This document shows positions 1-6,715 of a stretch of 27,821 nucleotides of DNA, in pieces. Location: IMG/VR virus record IMGVR_UViG_3300003481_000047, positions 1 to 27,821 of that record. One strand, 5' to 3'. The stretch comes from a virus (taxonomy: Duplodnaviria; Caudoviricetes). Made by a program: the position numbers and the translations under genes. Numbering within the stretch: the stretch's first letter is position 1; the number at the start of each line of letters is the position of its first letter. The notes under the pieces are model-generated. The model saw only the letters and a list, made by a program, of their open reading frames with translations, searched no databases and had not been told where the DNA came from.

Positions 1-276
1 TCAGTGAGTTGGCTCCGTTTCCGCCATCTCATTGCAGCCATCAGAATTCGCTGGTGCCCGTTTGGTGCCCGTTTCGTTTTCTCGAAATGCGCAAACCTCA
101 GCAGCGATCCATGCCTGCACCTCGCTCATCAGCCAGAGCGATCTTTTGCCGACCTTGATCTGCCTGGGGAAGGTCTTCTCCCCGATGCGGATATAGATGT
201 AGGCCCGACTGACCCCGGTCAGCTCGCACACGCGATCAATCGACAGTAGCTCTTCCAGTTTTTCAGCCGCGCTCAC
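1..276 (-). CDS. alpA: AlpA-family DNA-binding protein / probable excisionase (recombination directionality factor), 91 aa
   Basis: LLSIDRVCELTGVSRAYIY...FPRQIKVGKRSLWLMSEVQAWI is a typical AlpA pattern. GTG start at 276 has an AAGGAG Shine-Dalgarno (SD) and overlaps the RT stop by 14 bp. The longer ORF-track start (528) is rejected. Confidence 0.85.
   Translation of the reverse strand: MSAAEKLEELLSIDRVCELTGVSRAYIYIRIGEKTFPRQIKVGKRSLWLMSEVQAWIAAEVCAFRENETGTKRAPANSDGCNEMAETEPTH
52..73. repeat. Tandem 11-bp direct repeat TGGTGCCCGTT x2, candidate integrase arm-type site
   Basis: Exact repeat at 52-62 and 63-73, at the end of the excisionase gene. The function is inferred from position only. 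Confidence 0.4.
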
Positions 277-1624
277 GGCAGGCTCCTTGTGAAATGGTGA
301 TGCGCCGACCTTCGGCGCGAAGCGAGTAGCGGCGCGGGCGAGTGGCCGCCGGCAGCCAGGGGAATCGACGGATGAAACCGGCGCGCAGGCGGTGTGCATT
401 GGCATGCCGGAAATGGCCTTCATACGAGGCCCAGATCGAGCGCACGGCGCGGAAGTCATCGGGCGTTCCAGTGATCCGGCCGGCGTCGCTGTGTGCGCTC
501 TCCCAGGCCGCCGGCGCGGCGCGGGCATGCGAGACGACGCGGCGGCGCACGGTGGTGTGCGTTGGCCGCACCACGTAGCCGAGGAAGTCGATACCGGCAG
601 CCAGCGGCTGAGGGTCGGCGTCCTCCTTCAGCGACAGGCGCAGCTCGTCGGCCAGGAACTGGACGATGCGGGCCTTCCACTCCAGCAGCTGTTCGCGGCT
701 GTGGTGCACCAGCACAAAGTCGTCCACATAGCGCAGGTAGCGCAGCGCGCCCAGCGTGTGCTTGATGAACTGATCGAGCCGGTCCAGGTAGACATTGGCG
801 AAGAACTGCGACGACAGGTTTCCGATGGGGATGCCGCAGCCGGCCGGGGCGTTCTCCAGCCGCTTGTGCGGCGGCACCAGCGCCCGGTCGGTCGCCGTGG
901 CGACGTGGCGCACCCCGATCTCCAGCGGCGAGTACCGGAGCAGGGCATGCGTGGCCTTGCGCGCGATCCACGGCAACCGGCGACGCTCCATCCGCGCTTT
1001 GAGCATCCGGTACAGCGTGGGCCGGTGTATGCGGTTGAAGAAATTGGCGATGTCGAGCTGCAGGTAGTAGCCGCCGCCCTGGCCGCTATGGACCTGCCGG
1101 ACGAACGCCTGCAGCCGCCGCACCGCGGCGTGCGATCCCTTGCCGCGCCGGTTGGCGAACGAATCGGCGATGAATGTCCGCTCGTAGATGGCTTCCAGCT
1201 TCGGAATTAGCCAGTGATGTACAACCCGGTCTCCGAAATCGGGAGCGTGGATCTCCCTGGCCTTTGGCCGGGTGGCCACGAAACAGGTGGTGGGCCGGGG
1301 CGACCAGGCGCCGGCGTTGATCTGCTCCTGCAGATCCAGCAGCCGGTCGCCCCAGCGGGTGTCGAAGTCGAGTTGATTGGCGCTCGGCACCTTCTGCCGG
1401 CGCGCTGCCTTCCATGCAGCATGGAGGTCGCGCAGCGTGACCTGCTGCGCTTCCCCTGCACCCTGAAACTCACGCGCGGGACCGCGCACGGCGCGCACGC
1501 GGTTGTTGTTGTCGCGGTTGTTGATGTTGGAATTGCCATTGTCGAAGTTGACGATCCAGGCGTTGTCCCCGCGATCTTGCAACCCATCCGCGCAGGCCAG
1601 TATCGGATAGCACGGACTCGTCAT
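263..1624 (-). CDS. brt: DGR reverse transcriptase, 453 aa, with the TR translated in its N-terminus
   Basis: Motifs KAREIHAPDFGDRVVHH, YYLQLDIANFFNRI, GIPIGNLSSQFFANVYL (DGR-type SQ motif), RYVDDF and GIDFLGY. ATG at 1624 has a GGAGGT SD and an ATGA overlap with the avd stop. Confidence 0.95.
   Translation of the reverse strand: MTSPCYPILACADGLQDRGDNAWIVNFDNGNSNINNRDNNNRVRAVRGPAREFQGAGEAQQVTLRDLHAAWKAARRQKVPSANQLDFDTRWGDRLLDLQEQINAGAWSPRPTTCFVATRPKAREIHAPDFGDRVVHHWLIPKLEAIYERTFIADSFANRRGKGSHAAVRRLQAFVRQVHSGQGGGYYLQLDIANFFNRIHRPTLYRMLKARMERRRLPWIARKATHALLRYSPLEIGVRHVATATDRALVPPHKRLENAPAGCGIPIGNLSSQFFANVYLDRLDQFIKHTLGALRYLRYVDDFVLVHHSREQLLEWKARIVQFLADELRLSLKEDADPQPLAAGIDFLGYVVRPTHTTVRRRVVSHARAAPAAWESAHSDAGRITGTPDDFRAVRSIWASYEGHFRHANAHRLRAGFIRRFPWLPAATRPRRYSLRAEGRRITISQGACRERG
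1468..1568 (-). repeat. DGR template repeat (TR) with IMH*-like 3' end
   Basis: Sense strand: GAC AAC GCC TGG ATC GTC AAC TTC GAC AAT GGC AAT TCC AAC ATC AAC AAC CGC GAC AAC AAC AAC CGC GTG CGC GCC GTG CGC GGT CCC GCG CGT GAG T. It is AAC-rich and aligns without gaps to both VRs. Confidence 0.96.
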
Positions 1625-2070
1625 CGGTAGACCTCCCAGCTGGAGGTGCCGCGGGTACTCAGTTTCTCGGCACGCTGCGCACGGGCTTGGCGACCCTGCG
1701 CATTCTGGCCGGTGTTGGGGTGCGGACTGCTCTGCTGGCGATACCAGCCGCCCGCTTGCTTGCCAAGCTCGCGGGCGATCCGGGCCAGCATCTCGAACTG
1801 CGCCAGGCTCGCAAAGGCGCGAAGCTGGCTGCACAGCTGCATCCTGATCTTCAACGCGTCTACTTCCCACATGACGCGCTCGACCAGGACGAGCTGCTGC
1901 TTTCTGTCCCGCCACGCCCGATGGACCAGCACAGTGATGCCCATCGCCTGCTGTCGCAGATCCGCGCCGGCGGTGTAGCGGTGTCGGCGAGGGAAGCCGG
2001 CGACCGCCCGCTCTATTTCGAGCAGCAGGCGTTCGGCGGTCTTGGCGATGGGTGGCAGCTGGAAGGTCAT
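1621..2070 (-). CDS. avd: DGR accessory variability determinant (Avd-like four-helix-bundle protein), 149 aa
   Basis: FPRRHRYTAGADLR...ELGKQAGGWYR pattern, and its position between target and TR/RT matches the canonical DGR layout. Confidence 0.9.
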   Translation of the reverse strand: MTFQLPPIAKTAERLLLEIERAVAGFPRRHRYTAGADLRQQAMGITVLVHRAWRDRKQQLVLVERVMWEVDALKIRMQLCSQLRAFASLAQFEMLARIARELGKQAGGWYRQQSSPHPNTGQNAQGRQARAQRAEKLSTRGTSSWEVYR

Positions 2071-2101
2071 CGGCTTCGGTCAGGTCAGGCCAAGATGCAA
2101 A

Positions 2102-2530
2102 TCACTGACGCGCGGGACCGCGCACGGCGCGCACGCGGAGGCCGTAGCCGCGGCCGTAGAAGTTGGAACTGCCATTGACGAAGTGGACGAACCAGGCGTA
2201 GTCGGAGTAGCCGGTGTCATCGTCCTTCTCCTCGCTGGCGTCATCGGTCGCGGTCCAGTACCAATCCGACTGGCAGGTCGGGAAAGCCGCGGTGTCGATG
2301 GCAGGGCTGCAGCGCGAGCGGTCGGCCAGAAGGAACAGTTCCTCGACCTCCGGCAGGCGCCAGTCCGTGAAGCCGCCGAACGCCTCCGCGTTGAGCTTGG
2401 CGACGGCGGTCAGCGCGTCGGCATGGGTCATACGGCCACCGGCTACGTCGTCCTGCGTCCAGTGCAGATCGCGGGCCGGCTCGTAGACGATGCCGTCGGC
2501 ATGCTGGGTGAAACGGGATTGCTCGGTCAT
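2102..2530 (-). CDS. DGR target protein 1, DUF1566/Lcl (C-type lectin fold) protein, 142 aa
   Basis: LHWTQ...FGGFTDWRLPEVEELFLL...SPAIDTAAFP...WYWTAT...AWFVHF..G...VRAVRG. Start at ATG 2530 with a GGAGG SD. The C-terminus is encoded by VR1. Confidence 0.92.
   Translation of the reverse strand: MTEQSRFTQHADGIVYEPARDLHWTQDDVAGGRMTHADALTAVAKLNAEAFGGFTDWRLPEVEELFLLADRSRCSPAIDTAAFPTCQSDWYWTATDDASEEKDDDTGYSDYAWFVHFVNGSSNFYGRGYGLRVRAVRGPARQ
2104..2203 (-). repeat. DGR variable repeat VR1
   Basis: 2108-2203 aligns to TR 1472-1567 over 96 bp with 15 mismatches, all at TR adenines (7 A>T, 6 A>G, 2 A>C). Confidence 0.96.
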
Positions 2531-2565
2531 GATGCCCTCCAGGGCGGTGGTAGATGGAGTAGGGG

Positions 2566-2766
2566 TCACGCCATCGATGGCGTGCATTTGGCGGCCATGG
2601 CTTCGTATCGCTCAGCCTCGGCCAGATAGAACCGCACGCGTTCTTCGCGGACGGTCGGAGGAAAGTTGTAGGCAACGCGCGCTGCATCGGCTGCGACACG
2701 GTTGATCTCGGCCAGGCGCCGAGCGCGATAGCCGAAGATGTCCAGCTGCTCAGGCGCGCTGCGCAT
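2566..2766 (-). CDS. Hypothetical phage protein, 66 aa
   Basis: MRSAPEQLDIFG..., overlapping the upstream gene and tightly packed in the operon. Confidence 0.6.
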   Translation of the reverse strand: MRSAPEQLDIFGYRARRLAEINRVAADAARVAYNFPPTVREERVRFYLAEAERYEAMAAKCTPSMA

Positions 2767-2968
2767 TGCCGCGGCCCTTCGGGCTATCGGGGAGGGCGAC
2801 AAGGCGCTGCAGCAGCGCCGCGTGCTGCGGCCGGGTGAGATCGAGGGTGCTTTCGCACCCGACCGCCCTGACGTGCGCCCGATACGTTTCCTCGTCCAAG
2901 CCCTTCTGCCCGTGAGCGAGCCGGCGCAGTGCCTTCACCATGGCCGGACTGATGTTGAAGTCAGTCAT
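2750..2968 (-). CDS. Small protein resembling the N-terminal part of Mu GemA/gp16 (DUF1018-like), 72 aa
   Basis: GLDEETYRAHVRAVGCESTLDLT resembles the GemA 'glDdetYRa.L....S.kdLt' pattern, recalled from memory. Confidence 0.5.
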   Translation of the reverse strand: MTDFNISPAMVKALRRLAHGQKGLDEETYRAHVRAVGCESTLDLTRPQHAALLQRLVALPDSPKGRGNAQRA

Positions 2969-3377
2969 CGCCGGCACCTCGCGGCCCATTCGCTTCGAGC
3001 GCGGCGCGGATGACCTGGCGCCAGCGGCTCGCCGCGGAGAGGCTCATCGGCCTGAACTTGCGGATCTCCTCCGCGCTCGGCGCCCGGTCGCGGAATCGCT
3101 GGGCCAGCTGCACCGCAATCAGCATTGTCGGCACCCGGATCTCACCGCGCTTCGCATTCGGGCGCGCACCGACAGCCTGGCAAAGCTGAGCACCCTTCCA
3201 GCCGTAGCGGAGCCGGGCACGGATAGCGGCGTCCGTCACCCCGGCAACCACGGCGATCTGTGGTACAGAAAGCCGGCCGTAGCGCCCACAGTTGATCAGG
3301 ACCGGCGGCCGCCCGGTGCGCTTTCGCACCGGCTGCGCACCTATGGTCGGCGCGAGCGGTTGCAGGTTTTGGGTCAT
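2961..3377 (-). CDS. Putative HTH DNA-binding protein, 138 aa
   Basis: LSVPQIAVVAGVTDAAIRARLRYGW is HTH-like. ATGA overlap with the methyltransferase stop. Confidence 0.6.
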   Translation of the reverse strand: MTQNLQPLAPTIGAQPVRKRTGRPPVLINCGRYGRLSVPQIAVVAGVTDAAIRARLRYGWKGAQLCQAVGARPNAKRGEIRVPTMLIAVQLAQRFRDRAPSAEEIRKFRPMSLSAASRWRQVIRAALEANGPRGAGDD

Positions 3378-4792
3378 GCTGCGGCCCTCTGCAGCCAGGT
3401 ATGGGCGATCTGGATGCGCCGGCCTATCCAGTGGATCACGGGGACCGCGAAGCTGTTGCCGAGCATCTTGTAGCGCGGGCCGTCGGCCATCGGCTTGCCC
3501 TTGGCGTTCGGCACCAGCGTCCAGTCGTCGATCGCGCCCTGCAGGCGCTCACATTCGCGTGGCGTAAGCCGGCGAACCTGCGTCGGTGTGAGCAATGCTG
3601 GTGCCGGGCTGTTCGCATCCAGGCATGTCGTGCGTTCCCTGAACAGCTTTCCCGCGTTGTTGCTCGCCGTGTTGTGTAGCTTGGTCGTGTATGCGACGGC
3701 GGCATGTCCACCGCCGTGTGCCGCCCGTAGCGTTCCGGGGACCTCACCGATCGACAGGGAAGTGTCGCCGCCCGCCTTGCAGTCGAATGCGATAGCCGGC
3801 GGATGAGCGCCAGCGCAAAGCGGATGGCATGGATCGCCCAGCCTGGGGCTGCTGCCATTGGTCACCGATGTGATTTGCGTCGTGTCGAAGGGCAGCACCG
3901 GCACCAGTGGCGTGCCGCGACCGGTGCCGTCCTCGCTGGCGTCGAAGCCATCGGCGCGGAGAGTGTGGGCGACTTCGGGCAGCAGAAGGCCAGCGTATGC
4001 GTCTTGTTGGGTGGCGCTACCTGCCGCCTTGGGGTTCCTGACCAGGGTGCCAGAGACCTCTGGAATCAACTGGCCACGCTCTCCGTCCTCCGCGCCACGC
4101 TCGCCAGCGCTGCGCGTAAGGGTGCCGGCAACTCCTTCCCCCGCTTCTCGGCGCGGCGCAGAATCCCCACGCAGGCTGTCGGGCTCAAGTAGTACCGGGG
4201 GTCTATCGGCCCAGTTTCCAGTATCGAGGACAGCGAACACGCGGCGGCGCCGCTGCGCCACTCCGAACCACTGCGCGTCAAGCACGCTCCATTCGACGAG
4301 CCCGTTGTCGCCCAACGCCACGCCCTCATTCCCCCAGCCGTCCGGCGGGACATCGAGTTCGCATCCTGCGAGCGCACCAACCACGACAGCAAAGTCTCGT
4401 CCCTGGTTGCTGCTGAAGGCGCCGGGGACGTTCTCCCACACGAGCCAGCGAGCGCCGCAAAGAGTCCTTGCTGCATTGAAGATCCTCAGTTGTTCGTGAA
4501 AGAGCCCAGAGCGTGCGCCGGCCAAGCCAACGCGCTTGCCGGCCACGGACAGGTCTTGGCATGGGCTGCCGCCGATCACGACGTCAATGTGTCCGAGCGT
4601 CGCGATCTTCTCGGCGGTGATGTCGGTGACGCTGCCCAGGTTCGGGACATGCGGCAGCCGGTGCGCCAGCAGTGCGCAGGCCGCCGGTTCGATCTCGGCG
4701 ACGGCGACGCACTCCCAGCCCAGCGGCGCCCAGGCCAGATGCGCAGCCTCCATACCGGAGAACAGGGACAGGTAGCGGATCGGCTCACGCAT
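3374..4792 (-). CDS. Phage C5 cytosine DNA methyltransferase (orphan), 472 aa
   Basis: Motif I SLFSG, IV GGSPCQ, VI WENVPG, VIII QRRRRVF, IX RRLTPRECERLQG and X KMLGNS. Confidence 0.95.
   Translation of the reverse strand: MREPIRYLSLFSGMEAAHLAWAPLGWECVAVAEIEPAACALLAHRLPHVPNLGSVTDITAEKIATLGHIDVVIGGSPCQDLSVAGKRVGLAGARSGLFHEQLRIFNAARTLCGARWLVWENVPGAFSSNQGRDFAVVVGALAGCELDVPPDGWGNEGVALGDNGLVEWSVLDAQWFGVAQRRRRVFAVLDTGNWADRPPVLLEPDSLRGDSAPRREAGEGVAGTLTRSAGERGAEDGERGQLIPEVSGTLVRNPKAAGSATQQDAYAGLLLPEVAHTLRADGFDASEDGTGRGTPLVPVLPFDTTQITSVTNGSSPRLGDPCHPLCAGAHPPAIAFDCKAGGDTSLSIGEVPGTLRAAHGGGHAAVAYTTKLHNTASNNAGKLFRERTTCLDANSPAPALLTPTQVRRLTPRECERLQGAIDDWTLVPNAKGKPMADGPRYKMLGNSFAVPVIHWIGRRIQIAHTWLQRAAA
4066..4476 (-). 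CDS. Alternative-frame ORF nested inside the methyltransferase, similar to the M.EcoHK31I beta-type polypeptide, 136 aa
   Basis: CSLSSILETGPIDPRYYLSPTACVGILRRAEKRGKELPAPLRAAL reads as a real conserved protein segment. It lies in a second frame across motifs VI-VIII. Confidence 0.6.
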   Translation of the reverse strand: MQQGLFAALAGSCGRTSPAPSAATRDETLLSWLVRSQDANSMSRRTAGGMRAWRWATTGSSNGACLTRSGSEWRSGAAACSLSSILETGPIDPRYYLSPTACVGILRRAEKRGKELPAPLRAALASVARRTESVAS

Positions 4793-5042
4793 CGCTCGCC
4801 TCCTGCGGGCTGTCCGCTTCCTCTCCGCAGTCCGCGTCGCACCATGGCTCGCCGCATAACGGGCAGCCGATCTCCTCTACCAATTCCGGCGCGCAGTTGT
4901 GGCAGGCATGTTCGCCGCCATACCACCCACCGCAACCAGCCCAGCAAAAGCCTTGGCCACAGGTCTTGCAGATTCCTGCATCGCTCAGGTCCAGCGGCTC
5001 GTCGCACACGGCGCACAGTCCGATTGGCATATCACCGGCCAT
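4785..5042 (-). CDS. Small Cys-rich putative zinc-binding protein, 85 aa
   Basis: 12 Cys in CxxC/CxxxC pairs. It overlaps both neighbouring genes. Confidence 0.7.
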   Translation of the reverse strand: MAGDMPIGLCAVCDEPLDLSDAGICKTCGQGFCWAGCGGWYGGEHACHNCAPELVEEIGCPLCGEPWCDADCGEEADSPQEASDA

Positions 5043-5376
5043 CCTTCATCCCCTGCGGGCGGGCGGCGATGATCTCCAGCCGCTGCACGGTGTAAGGCTG
5101 CCTGTTCCGGTTCCCTCGGTACGTCAGTTCGGCCGCGTAGGCGGCCGGCTCAGAACTGTATAGGCCGCCGACCTGATCTCCGCCCGAGTTAATCAGCCTC
5201 CAAGCCTCGCTGACGACTTCGCGCTCAGAAGCTGCGCGCAGCGCGTCGGCGATGACACCCACTGCCGCTTCGCTCATCCGGCATACACCGGGCACCAGCG
5301 CCAGCCTGTCGCTGTAACCACGGGTCCTGTACTCCGCCGCCAGCAGTTCGCGGGCCTGCTGCATCAGGTCAGCCAT
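5032..5376 (-). CDS. Hypothetical phage protein, 114 aa
   Basis: MADLMQQARELLAAEY..., packed in the operon. Confidence 0.65.
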   Translation of the reverse strand: MADLMQQARELLAAEYRTRGYSDRLALVPGVCRMSEAAVGVIADALRAASEREVVSEAWRLINSGGDQVGGLYSSEPAAYAAELTYRGNRNRQPYTVQRLEIIAARPQGMKDGR

Positions 5377-5599
5377 GGCGCACCACCCACTTTCGGTTGT
5401 GAAGCTCTATGGCTCCCCTCTTGCGCAGTGATTGCAGCCGGCGGTCCACGATTCTGTAGCAGTCCGCTCGCTCATCGCCGAACGCGGCGACGCACGCCTC
5501 CTTAACCTTTCGATTCGGGAAGATCGCGCCAAACGTGTCGGCCCCATTTTCAATGCAGCTGACAATTGCTGCGTCGATGCTGCTGTAATCAATTGCCAT
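5369..5599 (-). CDS. Small putative winged-helix protein, 76 aa
   Basis: YRIVDRRLQSLRKRGAIELHNRKW is a helix-wing pattern. Start taken at the second ATG (5599). Confidence 0.6.
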   Translation of the reverse strand: MAIDYSSIDAAIVSCIENGADTFGAIFPNRKVKEACVAAFGDERADCYRIVDRRLQSLRKRGAIELHNRKWVVRHG

Positions 5600-5780
5600 C
5601 GGGCACCCCCGCGCCGTGGCTGTTGGCCTGCAAGTTGTCAACCTGCGCTTGCTGCTGTCCGCGCCCCATTTGGCTCAGCAGCGGCATACGCGCTGACGTG
5701 TCGTGTACGCAGCCCCAGTAGTGCTGGAAGGGCTGCCCAAGCGGACTTTCGCGTCCGCATTCGCTGCATTTTTGGCTCAC
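5589..5780 (-). CDS. Hypothetical protein with CxxC...HxxxC motif, 63 aa
   Basis: GTG start overlaps the upstream TGA (GTGA). Sequence begins MSQKCSECGRESPLGQPFQHYWGC. Confidence 0.5.
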   Translation of the reverse strand: MSQKCSECGRESPLGQPFQHYWGCVHDTSARMPLLSQMGRGQQQAQVDNLQANSHGAGVPDGN

Positions 5781-6715
5781 GGCTGCACCTCCGCATCGCC
5801 GGCCTGCGCCTTCATCGCGGCGCGAATGGCGCCCCGGATGGTGTCGTGGACGTTCCCGCGCCTCGGGGCCATCGTCTCGTGCACGACCACGCAGTGGCCG
5901 GAAATACCATCGATGGGATCGACCGACCGGTAGGCGGTGAAGCCGTTGGCGTCCATCCAGTTCAGCAGCGCCGCGTCGTCCGCCTCGCTGCCGCCCTCGG
6001 GGCTGCTCAACCCTTCGGCGCTTCCGAACTGTTCGTTCAGCGCGCCCTTGGGGCTGTCCAACCCTTCGGCGCTTCCGAACTGTTCGTTCAGCGTGGCGCC
6101 CTTGGGGCTGGCGTCGATCAGGGCCGATTCCACGTCGCGCAGGCGAACCCAAGCGCCGCGCTCAGACTTGCGCATCTCAGAGACATAAATGTCGTGTGCC
6201 AGCACGTAACGCGGAACTTTGGACAGGTCAATCCCCGGCGCTGCGGGGGTGCTGGCGTGCGCCTTGTGAAACTCGGCCGTGGTCGCGCCTGCCCATTCGG
6301 CGTAGCGCTTCGCCTCGGCGATACGCCAATCGGGCAGCGGTTCGTCCGCGCCCATGCCGAGCGCAAAGCGCAGCGGCTGGCCCACCGGCGAGCTGGCGCC
6401 CTGGTGGTGCCACAGCACCCATGCGATGGCGGCGCGGGCCGTGTCGGTGAACTCCGGCGACATTTCGGCCGGCGCTGCGGTGACGGGGGCGGCGTAGAGT
6501 GGGACGAAGCAATCGTCATCCGGCATCGCGTATGCATAGCTGCTGGCGGCTGCATCGGCATTGCCGGCCCGATGTTCGGCAAAGCGATCAAGAGCCTTGC
6601 GCGTCATCCACGCCACCGCCTCATGCGCTGAGGCGGCCGGATGCACTGGGCACGGCCAGCGCAGCGACCCGTCGCCGCTGGGGCAGGTGCACTTGTTGTT
6701 CGGCTGCATGGTCAT
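5777..6715 (-). CDS. Mosaic early phage protein with an internal tandem duplication, 312 aa
   Basis: Starts MTMQPNNKCTCPSGDGSLRWPCPVHP after an AAGGAAG SD with an ATGA overlap. Contains the modular segments AVAW..PLYAAP and LIDASPKG. Confidence 0.7.
   Translation of the reverse strand: MTMQPNNKCTCPSGDGSLRWPCPVHPAASAHEAVAWMTRKALDRFAEHRAGNADAAASSYAYAMPDDDCFVPLYAAPVTAAPAEMSPEFTDTARAAIAWVLWHHQGASSPVGQPLRFALGMGADEPLPDWRIAEAKRYAEWAGATTAEFHKAHASTPAAPGIDLSKVPRYVLAHDIYVSEMRKSERGAWVRLRDVESALIDASPKGATLNEQFGSAEGLDSPKGALNEQFGSAEGLSSPEGGSEADDAALLNWMDANGFTAYRSVDPIDGISGHCVVVHETMAPRRGNVHDTIRGAIRAAMKAQAGDAEVQP
5999..6110. repeat. About 51-bp tandem duplication encoding (SPKGA[T]LNEQFGSAEGL) x2
   Basis: CAACCCTTCGGCGCTTCCGAACTGTTCGTTCAGCG occurs at 6008 and 6059, each flanked by GGGGCTG. 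Confidence 0.9.

Larger units (their letters stand above)
263..2530 (-). mobile_element. Diversity-generating retroelement core cassette: target1(VR1)-avd-TR-RT, with a second remote target at 7824-8264
   Basis: DGR-type RT, Avd-like four-helix protein and TR/VR pairs with strictly adenine-specific mismatches. Confidence 0.97.

Noticed and set aside
52-73. tRNA gene, because the reverse complement resembles a tRNA 3' end (CGGGCACCA)
   Set aside because: There is no T-arm or cloverleaf around it. Kept only as a repeat.
441-451. CGCACGGCGCG match to the TR/VR constant block inside the RT gene, a possible third VR
   Set aside because: Only about 11 bp in GC-rich DNA, with no flanking alignment to TR.
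263-1624. RT as a group II intron, retron or Abi RT
   Set aside because: No maturase/endonuclease domain or msr-msd was seen. The SQ motif, adjacent avd and A-specific TR/VR pairs identify a DGR.
1625-1915. 97-aa N-terminal extension of the RT given by the ORF track (start 1915)
   Set aside because: It overlaps avd in another frame. ATG 1624 has a strong SD and an ATGA overlap.
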